A stretch of 63,044 bases of DNA, counting the filler, from Asterionella formosa (taxonomy: Eukaryota), in NCBI GenBank assembly GCA_002256025.1. It is 5 parts of 5 records of this genome, joined end to end, with 100 filler letters (N's around TTAATTAATTAA, not from the genome) between each part and the next. Parts side by side here need not be neighbours in the genome. Positions count along the whole stretch, not along the records: positions 59,960 to 63,044 come from NKIB01006992.1; 4 more parts are not named here. One strand, 5' to 3'. Every line of letters begins with the position of its first letter. Positions within the stretch are counted from its first letter, which is position 1. This document shows positions 62,761 to 63,044 of this stretch, one piece after another. The translations under genes and the position numbers were made by a program. Under the pieces are notes generated by a model. That model saw nothing but the letters and a program-made list of their open reading frames with translations. It did not search any database and was not told the DNA's origin.

Positions 62761-63044
62761 TTTAAAAATTAAATGAATTCAGAGTAATCAAACACAAAAT
62801 TTCACAATCAATAAATATGTGTATTGCTACTAGGAGCTTTCACCATTGGAAAACCTTTCTATATGCTAAGATACAGGGGGGCGGCATTGGTCAAAGGATG
62901 AGAGTAGGTCAAATCTATATAGTGTCAGTACATAGGATCTGGCGAGCAACTGCAGAAAAGAACTTGATTGTATTAATAATGTAAAAAGCTAGAAATTGAT
63001 GGGCCAAACAGTTTCTTTGGATAGTAAAAAAACCGACGTACTTT

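Overview
Eukaryotic nuclear DNA, very probably from a diatom. Support: spliceosomal GT-AG introns, an ASAFAP-type plastid presequence, CoDi-like Copia elements and a diatom-typical LGDNPSV/GPP protein family. The window is five contigs joined by identical 100-bp spacers (N44-TTAATTAATTAA-N44) in decreasing size order, so adjacency across gaps is artificial. Much of it is decayed, nested transposons: two Copia, Gypsy, non-LTR fragments, pogo, Tc1-like, piggyBac, PIF/Harbinger, unclassified TIR elements and 80-125 bp MITEs. Host genes: a putative GPI/membrane-anchored surface protein (partial), psbW, an APC15-like gene, two tandem Tweety-like genes, mannose-6-phosphate isomerase, an SDR, a full-size PDR-type ABCG transporter and two tandem LGDNPSV-family paralogs. 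The most unusual signal is a pervasive TA-CCWGG-TA / TA-CCGG-TA 'grammar' in intergenic DNA. It differs between paralogous repeat copies by whole units and surrounds tiny TA-flanked MITEs with CC(T/A)G termini, consistent with stacked transposon excision footprints. All calls are by eye from motifs; no searches were run.
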